The notes under the pieces: generated by a model
The model's input: only the letters and a program-made list of their open reading frames with translations
What the model was told of the DNA's origin: nothing
Databases searched by the model: none
In this document: positions 17,808 through 26,620 of the stretch, piece after piece
How positions within the stretch are numbered: position 1 is the stretch's first letter
How the letters are laid out: every line of letters begins with the position of its first letter
Origin: a bacterium
GTDB taxonomy: Bacteria > Bacteroidota > Ignavibacteria > UBA10030
Direction: 5' to 3'
Assembly (NCBI GenBank): GCA_043803945.1
Contig: JAZDJN010000039.1
Coordinates: forward strand, 1 to 26,620
DNA length: 26,620 nucleotides
Translations under genes and position numbers: made by a program

Positions 17808-19054
17808 TCGTTCATCTCTCGAATTTTCCGCTTGGCGAGCGACTGCATATCCTTTGCTGCCTGTTCAGGTGTTCTACTTCCTCCCATGACCGCCTGATAG
17901 CCTGGCCGCATTGCATCCCAGATTGCCCTCATCTCCGGCACTACGGGCATAGAACGGCCGTACCGAATTTGCAGCAGAGAGTTCTGCAGATTCTGATTGC
18001 CAACGATTGCTGGGTGAGTGTAGAGCGATTTCATTGTCGGTGCAGTTCCCAAGGCTTGAACTGTTTCAAGCTGACACTCTGCGGAAAGGAGATAGTGTAA
18101 CAGATCTAGAACGACAGGCAATTTCTTCTCATTGATGTTAATGTTCATGGAAAAACCCTTTGGTGAAGTCATCGGCGCACACCAGAGTCCTGTTGAGGTT
18201 ATTTTAGGAAGCGGGGCGATCCCAAGATCAATCCCATGCTCCATATACCCTGCCCAAGACCAATCACCATTAATAAGCATCGCCGCTTTACCATCTTTGA
18301 ACAACGCATCGGCAATTTCGTAATCCGCCTCATTGGGAACAATTTTTTCGACATCCCTAAGTCTGCGGATAAATTTGAGAGCCTCCACCATCGATTGATT
18401 CTCGAGTGCCGGAGTGAGTCCATCGGCTTCAAATACCCATCCTCCATAGCCGGTGTAAAACGGAATGAAAAAGAAGGGTTCAATGTAATTCCATGTCAAT
18501 CCGTAGACATTCGGCCGGCCTGACAGGTAACCATACTTGTCCTGAATTTGCTTGCTCAGTGCGATCAGTTCGCTCTCTGTCTCTGGCGGCTTCTTAACGT
18601 ACTTTTTGTTGTACACCAAAGCAAGATGATTCCCAATTTTATCAGCAATCTGATACAGATGGCCATGATACCAAAGCAATGCAGTCGAATCGAATTGATT
18701 CAAGAATTCTTTGGGAAAGATTTTTTCCAGGGGACGGATGCTCTTCGTTGCTTCATAAATACCGACAGGGTCAGACGGGCCATAAACGAGGTCAGGGCCT
18801 TGACCCGCTAACGCCGCGATGACGTAAGCGCTTCGGAGTAATTCTGTTTCTTTAAACAATTCAATGAGTTCGACTTCCGGATGGATTTTCTGAAAACGTG
18901 CTAACTGAGCTTGAAGAATCTTCTGCTCATCGGGCCTCATCTGGTGCCAGAGGACAATACGGGCTGCCTCATCATTCCTTCGTGTACATCCTGCACTCAG
19001 CAGTAAATAGAAAAGCGGGATCACCAGGAGAATTCTATTAAGAATGCCTTTCAT
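17804..19054 (-). CDS. malE: Maltose/maltodextrin-type extracellular solute-binding lipoprotein
   Basis: Lipobox LSAGC; motifs GQGPDL, LVYNK, LFKDGKAAMLINGDW and MPVVPEMRAIW. Confidence 0.87.
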   Translation of the reverse strand: MKGILNRILLVIPLFYLLLSAGCTRRNDEAARIVLWHQMRPDEQKILQAQLARFQKIHPEVELIELFKETELLRSAYVIAALAGQGPDLVYGPSDPVGIYEATKSIRPLEKIFPKEFLNQFDSTALLWYHGHLYQIADKIGNHLALVYNKKYVKKPPETESELIALSKQIQDKYGYLSGRPNVYGLTWNYIEPFFFIPFYTGYGGWVFEADGLTPALENQSMVEALKFIRRLRDVEKIVPNEADYEIADALFKDGKAAMLINGDWSWAGYMEHGIDLGIAPLPKITSTGLWCAPMTSPKGFSMNININEKKLPVVLDLLHYLLSAECQLETVQALGTAPTMKSLYTHPAIVGNQNLQNSLLQIRYGRSMPVVPEMRAIWDAMRPGYQAVMGGSRTPEQAAKDMQSLAKRKIREMNE

Positions 19055-19058
19055 TGCT

Positions 19059-21683
19059 TTATTTCTTCACCCCAAAATCATCAATCACAATCTGCTTTGT
19101 ACCAACTTGCCCTTGGATGGTGATTTTTCGATTCGGACTTGCAAATTCCTCGCTTCCCGACCACTCGCCATTTAAACCGCTATTAGTATACTTATATTCG
19201 AGTTCAAACCCAACAGGTAATTGCAGCTCGAGCGTCCAGATTGTATCGACTTTCTCATCGCCATGAGTACCATCATTATACATTCTGATATTATTTGGTT
19301 TCCAATCTCCCACTTTGGCATGGTTGCCTGCAATATAGATTGCATCACGAACTGAAATTCGTTCCGTGCGAACCTGGAAAACCACGGTAGCCATATCCTG
19401 AATACTTTGAGCCATGGCTCCCTGTGCAATCTTCGAATCGGATTGCGTGTCTAATATAATTGGCGGAAAATTTCTCTTTGGCATTTGAGCACCCGCCATT
19501 TCTGCAAATCGATACACATTGGAAATCAATGTTAGAAATGCAGTGTCAAAAGGTTTGTCTCCTCCCCCGGCATTCTGGTCATTCCCATACCACCAAAACC
19601 AATCGGAACCCTCGGCAGCATATAACGACTCCCACGCTTGATATGCATAATATTCTTTTGAATCTTTTTTCGGAGGATTCTTTTGAGGGTCTGTCGGTTG
19701 TAATCCTGAGTTTTTCAGATCGTTTCGAACTGTGAGGAGACATTCCCACGCTTCATTCTCTTCTCGTTCACCAATCCAGGTATCATAGTTTGCATTGATC
19801 CATGAACCGGGGTGAATCCAATCTAGCGCTGGCAGAGAATCGATCGGATGTGCGGGTAGATTTCTCTTTGAATTCCCATTGATGAATTCAGTAACTGTTG
19901 CAGTTACAATTTGTTTTGTGTTGAAGAGCTTCGACAGTTTACGATATAATGCGTGAAGGAATTCTTTTCCATCATTATCATTCCGATACCATTCCCATGC
20001 ATTCTCTCCATCGAGAATGACTGTGAGCAAACGGTCACTGCCTTTTTCTTTCGGTGCATAGCGAAGAACGTGACGGATGAAATCATCTGCAGCATCTTCC
20101 CCGCGATAATTCTGGTACACAAATCCGATTTTGTCCGAGAGTTCTGTGTCCCTGAAAACGACGACTGTCGGACTACCCTCCTTCTGACGAACTGCGTACG
20201 GGTAATATTTAGGTTGTCCTTCTGGCTTCGATCGCGATAGTATTTTCTCGTCTGTAGCCACCCATTGGATTCCGTTCTTCCTGAAGAGCGGCAGTACTTC
20301 GTACGCAACCGATCCTTCACCAGGCCACATACCCGAAGGTTGAATCCCGAAGAGGTCATTATAGAATTTTACTGATTTTATTATTTGTGCTTCGGCATCC
20401 TCGGGAAAATGATACCGCCGGGGAAGCTTATCCTGAGGCTGGCAGATTTTTGCAAGATCGCTGTCGTAGATCAACGGTAGTATTGGGTGATAAAAAGGTG
20501 TTGTGATGATTTCCACCTGCCCTTTCCCCGTCTTGTTGTCGTATAAGAGTTTTCGATGGGCAGGAATTACAGAAGCAAGAATTTTATAAGTCTCAGCAAT
20601 CATGCGGTTGCAGAGATCTTCGGTCACCACCTGCGTAAGCACGTATGTCCCATCACTCTGCTTTTTGACAATGTCTGTCAGATTGATTGAAAGTTGAGAT
20701 GTGAGTTGAACCCTCTTTTCGAGAAAATCAGGATCATAATTGGCAAGATAGAAAAAGAATTTTAACTCCCTCTTATCCTGTTCGGTCATTGCTTTCGTAC
20801 CATCCTTCAGGAATTTAGCTTTGAGAGCTTTGTAGTGTGGGAATCGTGCTATAATAACTTCGCTGATGCCAAACGCATTCCATTGATTTGTGAGGAGGTA
20901 CCGAATGTCCTGAGTATTGAAATCTTTTGTTGGCTTAAGCGCAAGGTCGATCCAAGGATCAGTTTTGCCTCCGTAGTTCTCGAAATACGCTTGTGCATTG
21001 ACATGATTTCTCTTTAAATCAATAAATGGCTTCAACCGATTTACATAGAATTCTTGAAGCTGATAGAGTAACGATGAGGTAAGATTGACGGTGACGTGAA
21101 CATTCGGATACTGCCCCACCATCGCAACCATATCGTAGTAATCTTTGGTCGCGTGTGTACGCACCCATGGTCCTTTGAGTTGATCTGTTCCTGGATCGAG
21201 GTAGAGCGGTTGGTGTTGGTGCCAAATGATATTCAGGTATAGCGTTCCGGCATTCTGCGGGTACTCATCGAGTTTATTTTGCACCTGGTTAGGCCGTTCA
21301 TGAACCAGTAATACAGTTCCCTCCTCGGTCAGGAAAAATACAGAGTTTTCTCCTGAATTATTGAAGTTTTGAGTTCGAGCAGGATTTGCTTCATCAAGTA
21401 CCCAGGATAATCCATCGATGAAAAACTTATACTGATAGAGTCCTGGAGGAATTTGCTTTAGAATGGTCCATACTCCAGAGTCATTAAGCTTTAAATAATC
21501 TTTCTCTTTTTGCCACGAATTAAAATCACCGGCGAGTGCAACGCGTTTTGCTGATCCTTTATAGGTAAACATCACTCCCTGCCTACTACTCTTCGGTTGA
21601 GCTGCCAGACTCGCACAGATTAAGCATACAATCAGAATCGCTTTTCGAGATTCGTTCATGAGTGTTCCGTTCATCGTGTTCAT
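19059..21683 (-). CDS. GH57 amylopullulanase-like enzyme with N-terminal CBM48-like and C-terminal CBM20-like modules
   Basis: GH57 motifs WHQHQP, PWVRTHATKDY, TPFYHPILPL, MWPGEGSV (nucleophile Glu), ILDGENAWE (acid/base Asp) and AEGSDWFWW. N-terminal VALAGDFNSW...YQYKFFIDG; C-terminal IYIAGN...GDW...LEYKY. Confidence 0.92.
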   Translation of the reverse strand: MNTMNGTLMNESRKAILIVCLICASLAAQPKSSRQGVMFTYKGSAKRVALAGDFNSWQKEKDYLKLNDSGVWTILKQIPPGLYQYKFFIDGLSWVLDEANPARTQNFNNSGENSVFFLTEEGTVLLVHERPNQVQNKLDEYPQNAGTLYLNIIWHQHQPLYLDPGTDQLKGPWVRTHATKDYYDMVAMVGQYPNVHVTVNLTSSLLYQLQEFYVNRLKPFIDLKRNHVNAQAYFENYGGKTDPWIDLALKPTKDFNTQDIRYLLTNQWNAFGISEVIIARFPHYKALKAKFLKDGTKAMTEQDKRELKFFFYLANYDPDFLEKRVQLTSQLSINLTDIVKKQSDGTYVLTQVVTEDLCNRMIAETYKILASVIPAHRKLLYDNKTGKGQVEIITTPFYHPILPLIYDSDLAKICQPQDKLPRRYHFPEDAEAQIIKSVKFYNDLFGIQPSGMWPGEGSVAYEVLPLFRKNGIQWVATDEKILSRSKPEGQPKYYPYAVRQKEGSPTVVVFRDTELSDKIGFVYQNYRGEDAADDFIRHVLRYAPKEKGSDRLLTVILDGENAWEWYRNDNDGKEFLHALYRKLSKLFNTKQIVTATVTEFINGNSKRNLPAHPIDSLPALDWIHPGSWINANYDTWIGEREENEAWECLLTVRNDLKNSGLQPTDPQKNPPKKDSKEYYAYQAWESLYAAEGSDWFWWYGNDQNAGGGDKPFDTAFLTLISNVYRFAEMAGAQMPKRNFPPIILDTQSDSKIAQGAMAQSIQDMATVVFQVRTERISVRDAIYIAGNHAKVGDWKPNNIRMYNDGTHGDEKVDTIWTLELQLPVGFELEYKYTNSGLNGEWSGSEEFASPNRKITIQGQVGTKQIVIDDFGVKK

Positions 21684-24499
21684 TACTTTATCAAGACCAT
21701 CTTCATTGACCGGGAATAGTTGGGAGTCGTGAACCGTGTGATATACAGTCCGGATGGAACGCTCTGTTGAGTATCGTTACGACCATCCCAGTGAATAGAA
21801 TGATTTCCGGCAGAATAATCCTGGTGAATCAGCAAGCGTACTCGCTCTCCTAGTGAATTGAATATCTCAATCTTAACATCATCATTCCCTGGCAAGGTGA
21901 ACGCAATTTCCGTTGTCGGATTAAATGGATTTGGAAAATTTTGTTCTAAGTGAAACTCCAACGGTTGTTGAAGAGGAGACTCAAGTTTATCGCTTACCTG
22001 TGTTACCAAGGACGAAGTCTTTCGATTTGAATACACCAGCATAGAATAAGCTGGAATGGTGAACGAGGTAAGCAGAGTATCAGAAACATTTATCGTGCTT
22101 TCTGTAAAGACATCGTACCATATCCCTTTTGCAAGCCATGGAACCGCAGAAAGTGTCTGATCAACCGAAGTAAAATTCGCAGCGACAACTATTCGTGAAT
22201 TTGTGGGGAGATCTTCAAAACCCCAAACGAGCGATTTTGCTGCTTCAAAAGATTTCAATAATTTGAATTCTCCATCCGTTAAGGCAGGATTAAACCTCCG
22301 ATGTCGAATTAATGCACGATAGTATTCGAAATGCGATTTCCCTCGAGGAGTACTGAGGTTCACCCATTCAAGAGGCCGATACGATAACTTTTCACCATCA
22401 TTCCGCCATCCCCGTGCAGCACTTATCTCTACACCTTGCCACACCATGGGAATACCAAGTGATGTGAACATCAATCCACCATAGAGTTTGTCGCGTTTGA
22501 CGGCCTCTTCGATTGAGATATTCTGAAATGTATTCATTTCATAAATTAATGATTGCTCGTCATGACTGACAGTGTAGTTCACAGGTTCCGTTCGTGAAGC
22601 GTATTGCGAGGGCTGGGAAGGAATATCATTCCCCTGGAAACCACCCAATCCGATTACTGTATTGAGGAATTCATGTAGATACTTTGGTTGATTCCTCGCC
22701 GCATCGAAAATGATATCATGAAAGCTGTCGTGCCAACCGCCGGTTAATCCACTGAATTTTATGAGTGCAGGACTTTCCGGAAGATGTTCAGCAATCTGAT
22801 ACACTGTTCCATTGTAGCGCTGATGTATCATATTGGCCCAGCCGAGAATTCCTTTTGTTGTATCATTCACATCCCAGCCTATCCCCTGTGTAAAGTCGTA
22901 CCGGAAACCATCCACCCGATATGTATCAATCCACATTTTGAGAACTTCAGAGATCAATTCCTGTGTCTGGATGCTCCAATGATCGAGATCCTTGAAAAAA
23001 TAGAGTGCGTCCTCGTTTGATCTTAATACTCCGAATGGTTTGAAATATGGATTCTTTGTGTCGTCCGGGTCCATTTGCCATAATGGGCTGGTCTCATTCA
23101 GATGGTTGAACACAACGTCGAGGATAATGGCAATCCCTTTTGCATGGGCTGCATCAATCAGCGCCTTGAAATCTCGCGGAGTTCCGTATGCCGGCTCTAA
23201 AGCAAAATAGGAGTTGATATCATAGCCCCACGAATGCCCAGATTTTCCCACCGAGCCGTAGTCGTTCACAGGCATGAGCTCTATAGCATTCACGCCAAGA
23301 GAATCCAAATACGGTAATAGAGTAATCAGATCTCTGAAAGTGCCTTTACCACCGGTGTATCCATAGTAACCGCCGGTGAATTCCCCAATATGCATTTCAT
23401 AGATTACGATCTTATTGAGCGGTGGACGTTTGTATGCAGTGCTTTTCCAATTATAATCATCCGCTGTGAGTCCTTCAGGTCCTATCGTGAAACGCGATCC
23501 TTTATCGCCATTTTCTTTTCCCCATGGGTCGTAAATTCGACTTCCATTTTCAAGTTCGTAAAGGTATTCATATGTTCCTGGAGCAAGTTTCACATTCGTC
23601 CACCAATCATCGGTCGTTGGTGATCTCCTCATAACGATTGGCTCGACGGTTGTCAATGTCTGTCCGATTGGTGCCACCTTCAGAAGAATATATTGTTTTC
23701 CTTTAAGCCGTAAACGAAATGTCGTTGAATCTCCGCGTGCCGGTGTAGGAAGATTCACACCATGCTGTACGTTCGGTGGGAGCGGCATTGATATGACGCT
23801 GAATCCACCCTGCTCAATTATTACAGAATCTCCCTTATGGTTATAAGCGGCAAGTCTTAAGTAATCGAGTTTTTTCAACGACGTCGATAATTGAATATCG
23901 AGAATCCGATTAGCCCGATCAAACTTTTCTGTCACTGTGGTAACGATAAGTGTTGATTGTGCCGTAGCACCTGAGGAGAGTGTAATCTTGGCGATCGAAT
24001 CGCTGTTTGCATGAACAAGACCTACCGTGATTCGGACAACCTGGCTGTTTACTTCTGTCGGGTAATATTGATACCAGAACAAGCTTGACAGGCGGAGGAC
24101 AGAATTATTATTGTTTGCTGGATTGGTTTCCTTATTGAGCGGATCTGATATCCATCCTCCGGGAGTTCCTCCGCGATTAAATTTGTACTGAAATGCTGAT
24201 GCATTGAAAGTTCTTCGACTGTCAGAGGGATCATAAATTTTAAAAGTGAGGGTCTTCGTCCAGGCATTCAATCCAGAATTATAGGTCATCAGGGCAGCAG
24301 AATTCTGAGAGAGGTATCCATTTGTATAGGGCTGGCCCCAATTTGTAAACTCACCTGGAATAAACATCGTTGTTGACACAGGCTCATGACTCCGGAAGGT
24401 GATCGTCACACTATCGGCAGGCACCTGGGAAAAGACAGTATTGAGAAGCAGGAGGAAAAGAATAAGTGTGGAGAAAGGTTTCATTTTTGTCTCAATCAT
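21683..24499 (-). CDS. T9SS-secreted GH13 glycoside hydrolase (CBM48-like domains plus catalytic domain)
   Basis: Signal peptide; IYEMHIGEF, GVNAIELMPV, SWGYD, DVVFNH, DGFRYD (Asp), IAEH (Glu), SHDE (Asp); C-terminal QNFPNPFNP...WDGRN...KMVLIK sorting domain. Confidence 0.92.
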   Translation of the reverse strand: MIETKMKPFSTLILFLLLLNTVFSQVPADSVTITFRSHEPVSTTMFIPGEFTNWGQPYTNGYLSQNSAALMTYNSGLNAWTKTLTFKIYDPSDSRRTFNASAFQYKFNRGGTPGGWISDPLNKETNPANNNNSVLRLSSLFWYQYYPTEVNSQVVRITVGLVHANSDSIAKITLSSGATAQSTLIVTTVTEKFDRANRILDIQLSTSLKKLDYLRLAAYNHKGDSVIIEQGGFSVISMPLPPNVQHGVNLPTPARGDSTTFRLRLKGKQYILLKVAPIGQTLTTVEPIVMRRSPTTDDWWTNVKLAPGTYEYLYELENGSRIYDPWGKENGDKGSRFTIGPEGLTADDYNWKSTAYKRPPLNKIVIYEMHIGEFTGGYYGYTGGKGTFRDLITLLPYLDSLGVNAIELMPVNDYGSVGKSGHSWGYDINSYFALEPAYGTPRDFKALIDAAHAKGIAIILDVVFNHLNETSPLWQMDPDDTKNPYFKPFGVLRSNEDALYFFKDLDHWSIQTQELISEVLKMWIDTYRVDGFRYDFTQGIGWDVNDTTKGILGWANMIHQRYNGTVYQIAEHLPESPALIKFSGLTGGWHDSFHDIIFDAARNQPKYLHEFLNTVIGLGGFQGNDIPSQPSQYASRTEPVNYTVSHDEQSLIYEMNTFQNISIEEAVKRDKLYGGLMFTSLGIPMVWQGVEISAARGWRNDGEKLSYRPLEWVNLSTPRGKSHFEYYRALIRHRRFNPALTDGEFKLLKSFEAAKSLVWGFEDLPTNSRIVVAANFTSVDQTLSAVPWLAKGIWYDVFTESTINVSDTLLTSFTIPAYSMLVYSNRKTSSLVTQVSDKLESPLQQPLEFHLEQNFPNPFNPTTEIAFTLPGNDDVKIEIFNSLGERVRLLIHQDYSAGNHSIHWDGRNDTQQSVPSGLYITRFTTPNYSRSMKMVLIK

Positions 24500-24508
24500 T
24501 GATATGCA

Positions 24509-26341
24509 TTATGGCACAAGGGCTGGCTGAAGAGATTTTGAGTTCAGCCAGTTTATTTGCTTTTTGACAAACGGAACGGCAATCATTCTCCCGCCAAATC
24601 CCAATACACGGAATGTCATCATTGGTGAAGGAGAAACTGAAAGTTTCTTCACGCGATCCTGAAAGACATCGACCTTCTGCTCTTTGACCAGCCGGGCAAT
24701 TCCTTCATCCACAGCCTGCTGCTGTTTCATTCTCTGCATTGCTTCTCTTGCCAGACTGAGTTGCTTTTCCAGAGAGTCGGGTCCACCAACACCCCTGTAC
24801 TTTTTTTCCAGTAATTCAAAATAGAGATACTCTTTGCCGGTTTTAATAGGGCCATGTCGTTCACCGATTTTCATGGTCCATGCAATTATTCCAACGGGCT
24901 GCCGATCTATTGGAGTAAAGTATGGCGAGATTCCTTTGAGTGCTCTTGCCTGCTCATTACTCGACCAACGTTGAATAACTGCTCCAAAATCTTTGTTGAT
25001 TGCCAGCTCATTGAGTGCCCTCTCCATTGTGTCCAGAGAAGCAGTGTGAAGTTCCTGAATTCGGATCTCAGGCAGAGGATAGTTGAGCCTCTTAACATAC
25101 ACCCATGTCTCCTCCTCCGTCGCAACGCTGGCATGTGCAAATTCAGATTCAGCTTGCTGCGCGAGAAAATAGTCGCGCCACATTTCGATCTGTTTTTTTA
25201 CACTTGGTCTCTGGTGAAGCCCCCGTAACAGCGCTTCATTTTCCAGGAGATATTGCTGAACGAAAGCCTTGAGCTGGATATTGAGCTGTAAAGCAATCCC
25301 AATTTCCGTTTTAGGTTCAACTGTAAAGACTCCACCGCGAAGTTTTTGAAGAACGTCGTGAAGCTCCCAGGATGCACCGGCCATTGTGATCAGCGTGTCA
25401 TGAATATTAGAGATGCATCGCTTTTGAAGAATGTCAAGAAGCGAGTCTGTTACGGATACCTGACCTTTTTGCACACCTGATCGAAGTACTGCAGTTAATT
25501 CCTTTGCAAGGACTTTAAACGGTATGGGCTGTGCTTCTCCAATCTTCGAGGGAAGAATTCTATTCAGAAAAGCGTTCATGCGCATCTCTTCTTTCCTGAG
25601 CCGTATTTTATCTTCCACCCGCCGCCGCAACACTCCCGAAGCCATTCCTGTGTAAAAGATATTAGGATCCTCTCTCTGCAGCTTTAATATATAGTATCCT
25701 GTCGATGCTCTGACAACCAGTGAAATTTCACCTCTCTTCATGTGGAATGCCGCCTGATCGATTGAGGTTTCGGCCTCTCCCCAGGATACTGAGATTGTAT
25801 CCCTCATGAACACAATAGAAGTGTCAATCAGAATCTGGTCGAAAGTTCGCTCATCGCGGATTTGTTTCCTCACAACATCAGCATCTGCTTTATTTTTGAA
25901 AAATAGATACGACACTACAAGAAGGCGTTTTGCCTGAACAATGCCTTTGCTGATTTCATCACGAGTTACAGACACGGTGTTCTGAATCTCTTCCCGATAA
26001 AGCTGATCACGCGCAAGTTTGCGCGTAACATCGGTCATGAGAATTTGAATGACACTATCCCTCTCCCCTCCCACCTGCATGGATCGTTGTGCAAGAAGTT
26101 TTTCTGCAACCAAAGAATACAAGAATTCCATTTTGGCTTCCAAGGACTGCTTTCGTTGACTTGTCATTTCTGAAGGTACCAATTCATACCGCTTGAGAAA
26201 TTCCTCTTCAGAAATAACAGTTGATCCTACACGGGCCAAAATTGATTCCTGAGTCCCTCTGACCTGTGCATGGAGCTGAGTGAGAGTAGCAAGAATAAGA
26301 ATGAAATCGACGAGAATTGTATATAGCGTTAATCGGAACAA
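24509..26341 (-). CDS. PpiC/SurA-like periplasmic foldase with two degenerate parvulin domains
   Basis: ILARVG..ISEEEF N-domain, LVAEKLLA, and rotamase-like AAFHMKRGEISLVVRASTGYYILKL and GERHGPIKTGKEY. The start is uncertain: the ORF-track start at 26431 runs through a terminator, whereas the in-frame TTG at 26341 gives a signal peptide ending LHA-Q. Confidence 0.75.
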   Translation of the reverse strand: MFRLTLYTILVDFILILATLTQLHAQVRGTQESILARVGSTVISEEEFLKRYELVPSEMTSQRKQSLEAKMEFLYSLVAEKLLAQRSMQVGGERDSVIQILMTDVTRKLARDQLYREEIQNTVSVTRDEISKGIVQAKRLLVVSYLFFKNKADADVVRKQIRDERTFDQILIDTSIVFMRDTISVSWGEAETSIDQAAFHMKRGEISLVVRASTGYYILKLQREDPNIFYTGMASGVLRRRVEDKIRLRKEEMRMNAFLNRILPSKIGEAQPIPFKVLAKELTAVLRSGVQKGQVSVTDSLLDILQKRCISNIHDTLITMAGASWELHDVLQKLRGGVFTVEPKTEIGIALQLNIQLKAFVQQYLLENEALLRGLHQRPSVKKQIEMWRDYFLAQQAESEFAHASVATEEETWVYVKRLNYPLPEIRIQELHTASLDTMERALNELAINKDFGAVIQRWSSNEQARALKGISPYFTPIDRQPVGIIAWTMKIGERHGPIKTGKEYLYFELLEKKYRGVGGPDSLEKQLSLAREAMQRMKQQQAVDEGIARLVKEQKVDVFQDRVKKLSVSPSPMMTFRVLGFGGRMIAVPFVKKQINWLNSKSLQPALVP

Positions 26342-26377
26342 AGTTGCCGTACGAGCTAAGTAGTGTGTGCAGGGATT

Positions 26378-26406
26378 AAACAACAAGGCGGGAATTGCTT
26401 CCCGCC
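26378..26406 (-). terminator. Intrinsic terminator after the T9SS cargo gene
   Basis: Minus strand reads GGCGGGAA-GCAA-TTCCCGCC (8-bp stem, GNRA loop) followed by TTGTTGTTT. Confidence 0.75.
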
Positions 26407-26432
26407 CTGCTGTATCGTAGAAAAGGTACAAC

Positions 26433-26620
26433 TTACTTCAAGAACATCATCTTCTTCGTGCTGGAGAAATTACCAACGATGATCTGATAGAAATAGATTC
26501 CGCTGGAAATCTTTGAAGCATCGAAGGTAATGGTATAGCGGCCTGCATCCTGTTTGGTATCTACGAGGGAAGCAACCACCTGACCAAGGACGTTAAAGAT
26601 TTTCAAGCTCACATTCCCCG
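26433..26620 (-). CDS. C-terminus of a T9SS type-A sorting domain protein (5'-truncated by the window edge)
   Basis: Manual translation GNVSLKIFNVLGQVVASLVDTKQDAGRYTITFDASKISSGIYFYQIIVGNFSSTKKMMFLK*; this ORF is missing from the supplied track. Confidence 0.9.
   Translation of the reverse strand, partial: GNVSLKIFNVLGQVVASLVDTKQDAGRYTITFDASKISSGIYFYQIIVGNFSSTKKMMFLK

Noticed and set aside
3539-25228. Numerous antisense or nested ORFs in the track (e.g. 14757-15431, 11584-12066, 19904-20359)
   Set aside because: They are shadows of well-supported genes and show no independent protein features.

Overview
Bacterial window that looks like an Ignavibacteria/FCB-group genome: several proteins end in the T9SS type-A sorting signal, and genes use Shine-Dalgarno sites and a canonical sigma70 promoter. 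The right part (10977-26620, all minus strand) looks like host chromosome. It holds the C-terminus of a T9SS cargo gene, a PpiC/SurA-like foldase, a starch/maltodextrin locus (T9SS-secreted GH13, CBM48-GH57-CBM20 amylopullulanase, MalEFG-type ABC subunits with no ATPase, lipoprotein GH13), then yjbQ, a lipid A acyltransferase, a GT9 heptosyltransferase and an orphan response regulator. The left part (<1-10823) looks like an integrated element. It holds an intact tyrosine integrase, an ~800 bp non-coding region with tRNA-fMet-like 3' tails and terminators, a ~1730 aa modular T9SS protein and a trypsin-TPR protease. The most notable signal is the junction: a tRNA-Arg(CCG) gene is cut exactly at the end of its anticodon loop and is not rebuilt there. 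Its promoter now points through the 39-nt tRNA 5' half into the integrase gene. I did not find the matching tRNA 3' half or the other end of the element in this window. All calls come from reading the sequence by eye; no searches were run.
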